A stretch of 63,541 bases of DNA, the filler included, from Reclinomonas americana ATCC 50394 (lineage: Eukaryota): the NCBI GenBank assembly GCA_048213135.1. It is 8 parts of 3 records of this genome, joined end to end, with 100 filler letters (N's around TTAATTAATTAA, not from the genome) between each part and the next. Parts side by side here need not be neighbours in the genome. Positions count along the whole stretch, not along the records: positions 34,958 to 40,057 come from PS015605.1; positions 40,158 to 47,772 come from PS015607.1; positions 47,873 to 55,627 come from PS015607.1; 5 more parts are not named here. One strand, 5' to 3'. Shown in pieces: positions 38,020 through 49,974 of this stretch; positions within the stretch are counted from its first letter, which is position 1, and every line of letters begins with the position of its first letter. The notes beneath the pieces were generated by a model, which ran no database searches, was not told the origin of the DNA, and saw only the letters and a list, made by a program, of their open reading frames with translations. The translations under genes were made by a program, and so were the position numbers.

Positions 38020-39852
38020 ATTGGGCAAGCGACAGGCGACGCACACGCCAAGGACGAGCTGGAGGGCGACATTTACAAGAAGATCGAGGCTGTGTTGCGT
38101 CAACACGAGTGAGTGAGTGTGAGTGAGAGGGGTGTTTGACTCATGCGCGAGTGTTGCAGTGAGCTGGAACGCATCAATGCACGCAAGAAGTTCTCTGCGC
38201 AGGTGGAGAAGAAGAAGCAGCAGGCGCTTCTCGACGCTGCCACCTTTGTGGTATGCCATTTTGCTCTTTTCCTCGTGTTACTCGCACACACCGTCTCTCA
38301 CGTGCTGCTCTTGTGTAGGCCATGGCGACTGAGTCACTGTGCCCGCTGACTGGTGTAATGTTGATGGCGGCGTTGGTGCCGCGACCGCGTGGAGAGCTCG
38401 AGGGCAACAATTCCGTGTCACGCGGGTTGATCCGAGTGCGTGTTCCCGACACGATTGTGTTTGGCGTGGAGGAGACGCCCGTGTGGTTTTTTACGGGGCG
38501 AGATGGGTTCCTCTATCGGTGAGTCACTGTGGAGACACGCACGCATGGACACTCTGTCTTACACGTGCGTGCACAGAGTGGACAACGTCACCGCCGACTC
38601 GATTGTCAAGAAGATCTGCATTGGTCCCGACATTACCGACGAGTCGATCGTGGCCGTCATCAAACGAGTTGGGTGCCTCGCGCAGTGCATGTGTAGCCTC
38701 GAGGCTTGCGCTAACTCGCCCCTCTCTGTGCTGCAGCCTGGATTTGCGGCTGGTGCCGGCAACGAGTTGTCCTTGCTCAGTGCGCGTGAGCTGAAGAACA
38801 CAATGGAGAATGCGCCGTCGGGACAGTATGTGATTCAGCGGTACGTGAGGCCACGCGGACCCAAGGCGTGCATCACACGCATCGACTGGAGCACCGATCG
38901 TGCACCATTCGGGTGGTGCATCACCAATCGAGTTGCGTGTGTTTTTTAGATTGACGCTCTGGGCGGTGTCGATCGATGCTCACCACACAGTGGCGCGCAG
39001 ATGAAGTTCGACTTTGCCGAGGAGAAGGATCTTCGCAAGCGCTACACTACCACCGTGGATGTGCCCGGCAGCATCACGATTTTCCGCGTGACTGGCGGTT
39101 CGTTGGACGAGGCCTCCGCCATGACCGCAGAGGTGGCGCAGCAGATTAATCGCTGCATCAAGGGCCAGCAAGTGACGCGCCTTGCGTGTGATTTCTGTCG
39201 TGGTGCGTGCAAATACTTCTTTCTCTTTCTTCCCTCAGGGGAAACTCACCATTGCTTTGCAGACATGGACGGCACGTGGTGGTTCCTGCAAGTCAAGGCT
39301 GTGGAGACGGTCAAGTTGCCGGAGAAGCTGAAGAGGCCAAAGGTGAACACCAAGTTGCCACCGGCCAAGGCACAAGACGTCATTATGCAGGCTGCGCGCT
39401 CGATGGGCAGCAACACTGGCATGCTGTCGACCAGTGACCCTCTTGCCGCCCTGCTCGGAACCGGCGGCTTCTCGCAGGCTCGCGAAACCGTGCGTCTCAC
39501 ATGTGCATTGTCTGCGGCGGTGGTGCATCTCTCTCTTACACGCATCGATGCGCAGGATGATTCGGCGGGACTACACGCTGAGAAGCTTGTGCCGTGCAAG
39601 TCGTGCCTGGCACACTATCCACCTGGCGATTTGCAGTACTCGATGACACTAAAGATGATTTTCGACACCGAGTCTCATCTGACGGTGTGTGATTCCTTGA
39701 TTTCCCCTCTCCCACGTCAGTCGGTTGTCTTACGCGGTGCACACAATGTGGCAGCGACGAGGTGTGGTCATGGACTGGTTCGATCGTCCGGAGTTCCAGT
39801 CCACGAGCGATTTGGCCGCCTGGTACCAGCTGTGCCACGTGTGCAAGAATTG
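38020..39852 (+). CDS. Uncharacterised protein with ATP-grasp-like motifs, both ends missing
   Basis: VPDTIVF..WFFTGRDG; YVIQRYVRPRGPKACITRIDW; LACDFCRDMDGTWWFLQVK; two CxxC pairs near the end. Confidence 0.65.
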
Positions 39853-39874
39853 GTTGCGTAACTCGCCACCCTGC

Positions 39875-39974
<100 letters not shown>

Positions 39975-40248
39975 CGTGTGTAGACGGACGGACGGTCGGT
40001 CGTGTCGTCGTGTAGTTAGTTAGTTAGTACGTAGGTTAGGTACGGTAACGGTTACGGNNNNNNNNNNNNNNNNNNNNNNNNNNNNNNNNNNNNNNNNNNN
40101 NTTAATTAATTAANNNNNNNNNNNNNNNNNNNNNNNNNNNNNNNNNNNNNNNNNNNNTGAGTGTGTGCTCTCTCTCTCTCTGCTGTGTGTGTTGACAGTG
40201 CGCGCGTGTGCGTGTGCGTGTGCGTGTGTGTGTTTGTGTGTTTCACAG

Positions 40249-40557
40249 CTTCGATCATCAAGTGATTGAGTATCAGCGTGAGATTGATCGCTTGGCCGCC
40301 GACAAGTTTGGCGCGTGTCTGTCGGTGCTCAACCTGCCCGACCTGTGCGAGCTGGAGGGCGAGAGAGTGTCCATGAGTTGCGTGTCGAGGTTGAGAAGAG
40401 AGAGAGAGAGAGAGCTGGCGCTTGCCCTCACTGCCAAGCAGGATCGGCGTCGTGGGAGGCACATCCGTCTGTGGGACCACTGCTTGCTTCCGCGCCGCAC
40501 AAGCTGGTATGGGAGAGAGAGACGGGGAGGGTCTCTTCTTACCGCGCTGACTCGCCT

Positions 40558-40589
<32 letters not shown>

Positions 40590-43388
40590 CAGAGTCTGCC
40601 ACCACCACTGCCGCCATCAGCAGGAGCGTCTCGCCCGGCAACTCCTCTCGCAGCACCGCTTTCTTCTGCTGGCGCAGGCGCTGCTGCTGCCGCTGCCGCT
40701 GCTGCTGTCGCCGCTGCTGCTGCACAACAACAACAACAATCAGCGCCATACGTTGATCTAACTAGCAGTTTCGACGAGCCACCACAACCACCGCCACTAC
40801 CAGCCGCACCTGTTCCAGCCACTGCCGCGACACGGTGTGAAGCATTCCGCTTTGCGTCTCTGTTCTTTGTGATCCAAACGCTCACCAGTCTGCATGCAGT
40901 CGCCCGTTTGTGCCACCATCTCGAGCCGTGTCGGCGCCGCAACCCACGCCACTGCCACCAGCACCGCCACCACCTCCACCGCCACCAGCAGCTGCTGCAG
41001 CAGCACTACAACCCGCTCTCCAGTCGGGAAAGAGAGTTGTGTCACCCAGGCCCTGTTCCTCATCGCCCTCTCTCCCCTTTCCACACTCACTCGCTTGCAG
41101 GCGCGCGAGGTCGACCACGATGTGGATCTGCAGTCGTCGGCCAGCTCCGTAAAGAGACCTCGTGCTGGCTCCATGGCCTCGTACTTGGACGACGAGGACG
41201 CTGGCGAGGGTGTGGTGATAACGGGACCCTCGTCGGCATCGCTACTGCAGCAGCCAGTGCGTCCACAGTTTCCGTACAACGGTGGTGGTGGCGCGCCTGA
41301 AGAAAACGACGATGTCCGTCCGACGAGCGAGTTCATGACGGCACGCGATAAGATGGCTGTCGATGATGCGCGTGGTGGATTGTTTAACGGGCGCGGTCGG
41401 AATCGAGGTGTGGGAGCTGGTGGTATGAACAGTGGCGCGGCCGGCGGCCGCGGACGTGGAGCACCAATGTCCAAGGCCGAGTTTGCACGCAGCGGGGACA
41501 CCATCTTTGACCAGGAGAAACCGTCGCCGTACAACTTGCAGGGGTGCGTGTGCGGTGGTTTAACACAGCTGCGTGTGTTTGTGATTGCTCACATTGTACT
41601 CGTGCATGCAGAGGGCAACGGAAGACGCTGGGCATTTCTCGTCGCGGTCCATCGTCATCAGCCGGCAGCGGTGGAAGCAAGAAGGATGACTCGGTGAGAA
41701 GAATTGTTTGTTTTTTCTGGTGTCTGTTGTGCTCACTGCTGTTGCCACACGCAGGAGGAGATGCGGCTGATGACGACCATTGCAGCGCGTGTGTTTCAAA
41801 ATCGGTGAGAGCTCATCGTCCATCTGCATGCAACACTGCTGCTGCTGTCATTTTGACCTGGCATCGACAGTGAATCGCGTGGCCAGCCAGAGCCCGTGTT
41901 TGGTGAGGATGGCGAGCTGCCGGATGAGCTGCGCGGGTGCGAACCGAAGTTGGTGGAGAACATTCTCAACGAGGTCCTGGACCACAGCCCAGGAACGAAA
42001 TGGGCCGACATTGGTTGCGTCAAGTGTCTCGGCGACTGCACACTCCCCTCTCTTTTTTTCATCTCGCGCACGGCGCATTGTCGCAGCGGGCCTACAATTT
42101 GCCAAAAAGTGTGTCAACGAGATTGTTGTGTGGCCTCTGTTGAGACCCGATCTCTTCCGAGGCTTGCGCGGACCACCCAGAGGACTGCTGCTGTTTGGGC
42201 CACCGGTACGTGTCGCCACGGATCTCGCATTTGTGTGCGCGTGTGTGAGTGACCGTCGCCGCAGGGCACTGGCAAGACCATGATTGGCAGGGCGATTGCC
42301 ACCGAGTCCAAGTGTGCTTTTTTCAACATTTCCGCATCGTCGCTGATGAGCAAGTGGGTGGGCGAGGGCGAGAAGATGGTCAAGGTGAGCGTCATTGCTT
42401 GACAACAATTGCCTCTCCCCTGACTGTGTGTCTGTGCCCGCATCGCAGACATTGTTTGCCGTGGCCAAGCTGCTGCAGCCGAGTGTGATTTTCGTGGACG
42501 AAATCGACTCGCTGCTCTCCCAGCGCTCCGAGGGCGACCTGGAGGCCTCGCGACGAGTAAAGACCGAGTTTCTGGTGCAACTCGATGGTGCCGGCACCAG
42601 TGCCGACGATCGCATTCTGCTGATTGGTGCGGCCAGTGCGTTTGTGAGTTGATGCCTCTCGCTGTCTGTTTCTCATCGCGCTGTATCTGCCAGGCGCCAC
42701 AAATCGACCACAAGAGTTGGACGAGGCCGCTCGTCGACGTCTCATCAAGCGCCTGTACATTCCGCTGCCGAGCGGTGAAGCCCGGAGGTGAGTCAAAAAA
42801 CAACGAGTGGTCTGTTGCGAATAGAGAGAGGGAGAGAGACTGAAACGGCCGGTCGCTTGTCAGACAACTCGTGTCGCATCTCGTCGAATCGTGTACCTAT
42901 GAGATCTCCGACGACGACTTTTCGTGGATTGTCGAGCAGACGCGTGGCTACTCGGGTGCCGATTTGAAGGTGCGCTGCATGATCATTCGTTCTCACGACG
43001 CTGTCTTGGTGCCAAATGAGTCACTGTTGCGCAGGCTCTGTGCACCGAGGCTGCGCTGGGACCGGTGCGAGATATCCACGACATCACGTCCGTGGCGGTC
43101 GATGCCGTGCGGCCGATTCTGGTGCGCGACTTTCGCGATGCACTGCGCCAGGTACGAGCCAGTGTGTCGCCCAAGGAGCTAGACGCGTATCTAGAGGTAC
43201 GATGCGTGGTATTCTCTTGTGTCTGTGTGCGAGTCGGCTTCTTGGCTGACGCTCTTTTCTCTGTTTCCCACGCAGTGGAACAAGCAATTTGGTGAGTGTC
43301 TCGTTCTTCTGCGAGGAGTGTGCGTGTGTGCTGACAGACTCGCACGTGCACAGGTTCGTTTGACGCCAAATCGGCAGAAGACGAGTGA
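40249..43388 (+). CDS. FIGNL1: Fidgetin-like 1 AAA+ ATPase, 5'-partial
   Basis: [108 protein letters not shown] in the N-terminal half. Confidence 0.9.
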
Positions 43389-43421
43389 TCAATACACGCA
43401 ATACACACGCAAAACATGATT

Positions 43422-44537
43422 TCATTTCTTCGGCGTCCCTGGTGGCGACGGCAGCGTTGGCACGGCCGTCACCGGCACAATCGACCGCGGTGATACGGCA
43501 GTCGGCAATGTGACAGGTGGCGGCGGCAGCAGCGACAGTAAAGGTGGCGCAGCCATGAGCGCACTGGCTGCCATCGTGGCCGTCACGGTGCCTGGTGGGT
43601 GATGCGTGGGTGCCGGATGATGATGATGATGTTGCTGTTGTTGCTGCTGGTGTACCACTGCCACTGCCAGTGGCGGCACTGCTGGAGGAGGTGCTGGTGC
43701 TGCCGCCACCACCGTCGGCTGCGTACATGTCACCGCCGCAGCCGCCGCAGGTACGTCGTCGACGCGCGCCTGCACACCACAGTCCACAATCCGCACCTCG
43801 CTCTTCACCATCCCAATCGACGTTCCCTCACGCTCCACCAGCTCCAGAATCTCCATGCCGCGCACCACGCGACCAAACACCACGTGTTTGCCATCCAGCC
43901 ACTCCATCGGCGACATGATAAAGAAGAACTGCACGCACAATGTCAATCGCCTGCTGCTGGCTGTGAGACAAGAGCAATGAGAGACGGACGCGCCTGTGAG
44001 CCATTCGTGTCGGGCCCGGCATTGGCCATCGAGAGAAGCCCACGCTGATCGTGATGCAAGCGGAAGCTCTCGTCGGGAAAGCGCGATCCGTAAATGCTCT
44101 CACCACCAGTGCCGTCGCCGCGCACAATGTCACCGCCCTGAATCAACTGTTGCACGAGAAGGTGAGAAGGCGAGAGAGACAGAGAAAGCGCGTGTAATGG
44201 ACGCAACAGCCTTGGGAATGACGCGATGAAAGGGACATCCCTTGTAGTGCAACACTACGCGCGCGCATGTGTGAGCGAGCGAAGATGACAACAACCTCAA
44301 CAATGACTGACCTTTGCGTGAGCGACCAAGGCCCTTCTCGCCTGTACACAGTGCACGGAAATTCTCGGCGGTGCGTGGCACCACGTTGGCGTACAACTCG
44401 CACACAACGCGACCAATCACTCGCCCACCAATCCCAATCTCAAGAAACCTGTCATCGCGTAAGAGAGAGAGAGAGAGACAGAGAGAAAGAGACAAGAGGA
44501 GGAGACGCAACACGTGAGGATTGCCCTGCGCTGACAT
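43422..44537 (-). CDS. Cyclophilin-type peptidyl-prolyl isomerase with Pro/Gln/His-rich C-terminal tail
   Basis: [69 protein letters not shown]; 4 introns (two GTTGCGT, one GC-AG). Confidence 0.95.
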
Positions 44538-44577
44538 TGTGAAACCAAGACGACTTGAGAGACGAAAATACGCGAGG

Positions 44578-44588
44578 TCGACATCGAC
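44578..44588. promoter_or_regulatory. TCGACATCGAC motif in the 69-nt divergent promoter between cyclophilin and RIX1
   Basis: Exact copy between the two ATGs. Confidence 0.45.
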
Positions 44589-44606
44589 TTGTGACTGTGT
44601 TTGTCA

Positions 44607-47261
44607 ATGGAGGAGGCCGACAAGCTGCTGAGTGCCGAGCAGCGTCCGGGTGGTGTGGTGACTGCCGTGCACTTCATCACACGCGATGCACCAGCCGCGT
44701 TGCCGGCGACAGATGATGGTGTTTTGCACGTGCACATGCACATCACTTGACACACACACACACTCACACGCGCGGTGTGTAGGCATTGGAATGGTGGCGC
44801 GACTGGTGAAGCAGGCGCGGTATGCAAGTGGAGACAGTGGCAAGTCGGCGGCGCTGCATGCACTGGCGCAGATGCTTCCGCGACTGCCGGCGGTGCATGT
44901 GGCCGCGTGTGTCGAGTCCCTCGTGCAGCTCATCATGCAGACCATTCAGCGTGCGGGAGAGCCGTCTGTTGCAGCCATGGCCGCTGCATGTGCGCTCTTC
45001 TCCACGGTCAATCACTGGCAGCGCGTGGGCGGGCCCAGTGAGCCCCGACGAATGCTCGTGGATATGACGGCAAAGATCGTCTCCAAGTTGCGGGCCCCCC
45101 CTTCCCGCGCGTGTGGCCTACACTGCTGCTCATACGTACATGCAGAGCGATTACTGCAGCTGCAGGGGCGCCGGATGTGCAGCTGGCGACGCTGGCGCTG
45201 ATTCAGCATGCGGGCGAGGAGTTTGGGACGGTGTTGCGACCGCAGACGCAGCGGATTGTGGAGTTTGCGCAGCCGTTGATGTTCTCGGCGGAGGCGGTGT
45301 TGCGCGAGCGTGCGGCCGAGTGTTTGGCGTTGAGTGTGCGCATTGCGCCGGTCAATGAGCAGCGCAAGAGCATCATGCAGGCGGCGCTGGATTCGTTCGA
45401 GTCGGCCGTCTCGGTGCTGACCAAGATGGTGGATCCGAGCTTCTCTTGCACTGCGGCCATGCTCAAGCTCGATCCGGTGATTCTCGGTGCGTGTTACACG
45501 TGGACCATACAAGAGGAAGCAAGCAGGCACTCACTCGCACCGCTGCAGATGGCGGATCGGCGATGCTCGCCAACCAGCTGGACAGCCTGGCGTGCCTGCT
45601 CTCTCGTCTCTTTTGCATTCCGGAAATGGCCATTCCGGCGGTGCGAGTGATTCGTCTGGCGGAGGCGGCCGCCGGTCTGGATCTGTCGTGTCGAGTGGTG
45701 ACGGGCCGGCAGGCGATTGATTTGCCGCTGCCGACCTCGGCGTACGCGCTGCTGGTGCCGTCGGTTCATCTGTGTGCGCTGCGTGTGGTGGTGTCGCTGG
45801 TACGCCAATGTCAGCGACAGCTGGCCCCTCTGTGCAAGCGCCTCATGGATGTGCTGGTGCGCGAGCTGGAGACGTGGGACGCAGTGTCGCAGTTGAGTCG
45901 CACCGCCCGTCACTCGCCCGTGTTGTCCATGTCGGTGACATTTTTGTGTGCAGTGTCGAGCTGCGTTGCGAGGTGTACGGAGCGCTGTCGCTGATGGCGT
46001 CGTTGTTTGGATCGACGGTGACGAAGCAGCTGGTCAGCCGTGTGCTGCCGAGCATCGATCGGGATGTGTCTGCGGTTGCGTCACGGGTCAAGGGCCCTCG
46101 TCACCCAAATCGTGTGTCTGACGCGCACACGCAGATCGTGGCGCAAATGAGCAAGCAGGCAGGTGACAGTGGCGGTGCGACGCCGTTCCGCGTGTTCGAG
46201 GCCCGAAATGCGTGCTGTGTGGCGGCACTCGGCTGTTGCGTCTTTCTATTGCGCCCTTCCCCACCTTCTCGTGAGCTCACAACTCCCTGCAGGTCTCGAC
46301 AGCATTGTGGTCGCCTGTCCGCACGTGTTCCTCGAGGCCACAAGTTCCAGTGTGCTCGCCCACTTGTTGACTCTGGTGCAGACGGTGCGACTGGCGCGGC
46401 ATGCGGCGATGCACGGCTGTGTGGTGGAGCCGGCGTACCGCAGTCTGGCTCGCACGTGCCTGCTCACCGGCGTCGCCAGTCTGCAGTACTTGCATCAGGC
46501 GGTGGCCGTGCTGCGCGAGGGTCTGACCAGTCGCCATGTGGAGGTGAGTGATGGTGGCAAAGAGAGTAACCGCGTAAAACTGATGCTCACCGCATGAGTA
46601 CCACCAGATTGTGCGCGAGTGCCAGCAGGGTGTCGCCATTGTCGGGGCCATGCTGCAGCCGCGCGGCGCACCCCGCAGTGTGGTCGACCGGCCGCCCATG
46701 CCGTCGCGCCCCGCGTTTCCCACCACCGTTACCGCGGCGGCCCCACCACCGTCATTGTCATTGTCATCATCATCATCGTCGTCGGCATCAGCGCCGGCAA
46801 TGAGCTCTTACGTGCCTCGACAGCCGTCGACCTTTGGCAGCGCGTCGCGCATCACTCCGGCAGCCACCCGCAAACGACCGCTGGAGCCTGAGCGACCAGA
46901 GGACAGTGGAGCGGCGAGTGGCAGTCAGTCTGTCGCCAATGGTGACGCCGCAGGGGAGGATGACGACGACGACGACGACGTGGTGGCGGAACCCGACGCC
47001 AAGAGACCAGTTCCGTCGGTGGCCAGCGAGGTGGTGGCTCGAGTGGAACGGGCCCTGGCATCGTTCAGCCAGCAGCCACCTCCTCCTGCACCATCGGCAG
47101 CTTCAGCTGCTGCCTCGTTTGCCAGCCAAGTGGACGCAGCACACGCCTCTGCTCATCACGACGACGGCGACGAGGGCATGGGCATGATGGTCGTCGATGC
47201 GCCGCCGGACGACGACGACCTGGAGGATGACGACGATGAAGACGAGGATGAAGAAGAATAA
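44607..47261 (+). CDS. RIX1: RIX1/PELP1-like pre-60S factor
   Basis: HEAT-like N-terminus; FGTVLRP; LVPSVHLCALRVVVSLVRQCQRQLAP; MLQPRGAP; acidic end VVDAPPDDDDLEDDDDEDEDEEE*. Confidence 0.7.
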
Positions 47262-47523
47262 CGATAATGAAGAGCAAGACGTGCACACCGACACACAAAA
47301 ACAGACCAGCACTCTTTACTCACACGACCCTCTCCCTCTCCCCTCGCTTCATTTTCATACACACCCAGTCGGCAGACAGACGGACAGACGGACAGACGGA
47401 CGGTGGGGTGGGCGAGACGACACGGTGCACGGGGGATACAAACTCCGACAACCGGTCACAGTCACCACCACCGCCGCCGCCGCTGCCGGTGCGACCGCCA
47501 ACCTCGCACACACATTTTTTTCG

Positions 47524-47688
47524 TTAGAATTCGACCAGTGGAGCACGTGGATCGGAGCACGGCTCAATGTTGGTCTTCAGACCAAACACCTTGGTGACGA
47601 CGAGCTTGAAGATTTTGCTGACATTGATGGAGTGGGAGGCCGACGAAAAGATTAGAGGTGCCTTCATGGCCTTGGCGAACTTGCGGGC
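47524..47688 (-). CDS. SPG1: Last exon of Spg1/Tem1 septation/mitotic-exit GTPase
   Basis: ARKFAKAMKAPLIFSSASHSINVSKIFKLVVTKVFGLKTNIEPCSDPRAPLVEF* matches the Spg1/Tem1 C-terminus; preceded by CAG acceptor; absent from the ORF track. Confidence 0.88.
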   Translation of the reverse strand, partial: ARKFAKAMKAPLIFSSASHSINVSKIFKLVVTKVFGLKTNIEPCSDPRAPLVEF

Positions 47689-47948
47689 CTGTGGGGGAAA
47701 AGGAAAAGGGGAAGTGAGTGGGAGAAGGGGGAGAAGGGGGAAGGAGGGGGAAGGAGCGGGAAGGAGCGGGAANNNNNNNNNNNNNNNNNNNNNNNNNNNN
47801 NNNNNNNNNNNNNNNNTTAATTAATTAANNNNNNNNNNNNNNNNNNNNNNNNNNNNNNNNNNNNNNNNNNNNTTCTCTTCCCCCTTCTCTTCCCCCTTCT
47901 TTCCCCCTTCTCTTCCCCCTCCCCCTTCTCACTCCTCCCTCCTCGCAG

Positions 47949-48613
47949 ATCCTGTCAGAGCGCGTGCCCTACGCCCAGACGCTGCACCTGGACGTGATCC
48001 GCCGCATCAAGGAGTCCTGCTGCAAGGTCGCGCAGGACTACGAAAAGGAGCTGGCGCAGACGGGTCTGAGCCACGTGGACGAGTACGAGTTGCCTGACGG
48101 GCGACGCATCTGTGCGTGACGCGCTCTTGGTTTTTCACTCCCCTTCTCCCTCTCACCCTTCTGGCCACAGCCGTCGGCAGCGAGTCATTCCGCTGCCCCG
48201 AGGCCCTCTTCCAGCCCTCCATGATCGGCCTCAACTGCAGCGGCATCTCCGAGACGCTGTACAACTCTATTGGCCGCTGCGACGAGGATATTCGCGAGGA
48301 CATGTACAAGAATGTCGTGCTCACCGGCGGCTCCACCATGTTCAAGGGTAAGGCGCTACCGGTCAGGCACCAGAGAGGGTGAATAGGCGCTGACACCATG
48401 CACACAGACATTGCCGATCGGCTAAAGAAGGAGCTGGAGAACTTTGCGCCCCCGGGCCAAGATATCGAAGTGAACGGTGTGCCCGACCGCAAGCACGGCG
48501 CGTGGATTGGCGGTGCCGTGCTCGCCTCCACCTCCTCATTCAACAACCTGTGGATCACGCGCAAGGAGTTTGCAGAGATCGGGCCCTCGATCATTCACCA
48601 CAAGTGCTTCTGA
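47949..48613 (+). CDS. Divergent actin / actin-related protein, C-terminal half
   Basis: [73 protein letters not shown]. Confidence 0.93.
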
Positions 48614-49974
48614 AACATGAATGAAATTTAACGCGCAAACGCTTACTTTTTTTTTCGCAATCGACACCGGAGATGGGAACGTGCGTGTGGCGAGAAGAGT
48701 GTGTGTGTGTGTGAGTGCGTGTGCTCACTGTGTGTGCGCGTGTGTGCATGTGTGTGTTTGTATGTGTGTTCAGCTCTCACCCCGTGCACACGACCCGCGA
48801 GGTGACTGGTATGTTTTAATACTTTGCGAATGCGTATGAGAAGCAGCAACAGAAGAAGAAGAAGAGTGTGCGCCTGCGTGTGTGAGAAGAGCGAGTGTGC
48901 GTGTGTGTGAGAGTGTCTGTCTGATTTCGTCTGTTTTTCGATGCGCACACACGCACACATCGCAACAGAGTGCGCGCGCATGTGTGTGTGTGTGACTGGA
49001 GAGAGTGTGAGACGCGAGAAGAAGAGACACAGAACGAATCTCATTAGCATGTTTGACTGTGAGAATGAGGCAATTAGTGAGCTCTCACTCTCATTGTTCT
49101 CGCAGACACTGTCACCGAGGCAACGGCAACAGCCAGCGCACACGCGTTTGACGAGCTCGGCGGCCACGCGGTCACTGGTGAGCGAGCGAGCAAACAAAAC
49201 GCGCACACACATAAAGTCACTCACTGACTCTCTTCTCACAGACCTGCAGAAGCACGTGGTGAAGCCGACTACGGTGCCAGACACGCTTGCAGAGTAGCAC
49301 ATTCTCTCTCTCACACAGACACACGCGCGCGCGCATCATGACAAAAAAGATGATTGACCAATGATGTTGTTGTTGTTGTGTGTTGCTTTTAATGAAGAAA
49401 CAACACACGCACAACATAACACTCTGTCGTTTGTCTCTCTCTCTCTCTCGTCCACTGTGTGTCTGTTTACAAGCTGAGGCCAAAGCTGAAGCCTGGTGCG
49501 TTCTTTGCACCGCCCATTTGGTCGACAGGGCCGCTCTCCTGTGTGAGTGCGTTGTGTGTTGTGAGAGACTGGTGTGTGTGTGTGTGTGTGTGTGAAGGGA
49601 GACTGCAGCTGTGACGCAACAGCAACGCTTTCCACTTCGTTGTGCATGCCGAGCACAGTGGCTGTTTGTGTGAGTGAGTGAAGAGTGAGTGAGACACGAA
49701 GAGAGCTGATGTTGATGATGATTACGTATACGCACTCTGTGTGTGTGCCTCCGAGGTGCCGTGCTCAGTCGATGATGCGCTGCCCATGATGTGCGTTGTG
49801 TGTGAGCGGTCTTTGAGAGAAGTTCTCACGGTGTCCTCCTTCACGTCCCGACGATCAATTCCACGCTCGTCATTCGTATCTACGGTGAACGCGCGTGTAC
49901 GAATGCTGCGTCATGATATACGCCACGCTGCGCCCAGTTTATTCTTTCACAGACAGAGCGCACGACGTCGACGT

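Noticed and set aside
48614..49900. Long ORFs in the microsatellite-rich region, including exon-like pieces at 49105-49297
   Set aside because: Mostly (GT)/(CA)/(GA) translations; no convincing start or homology
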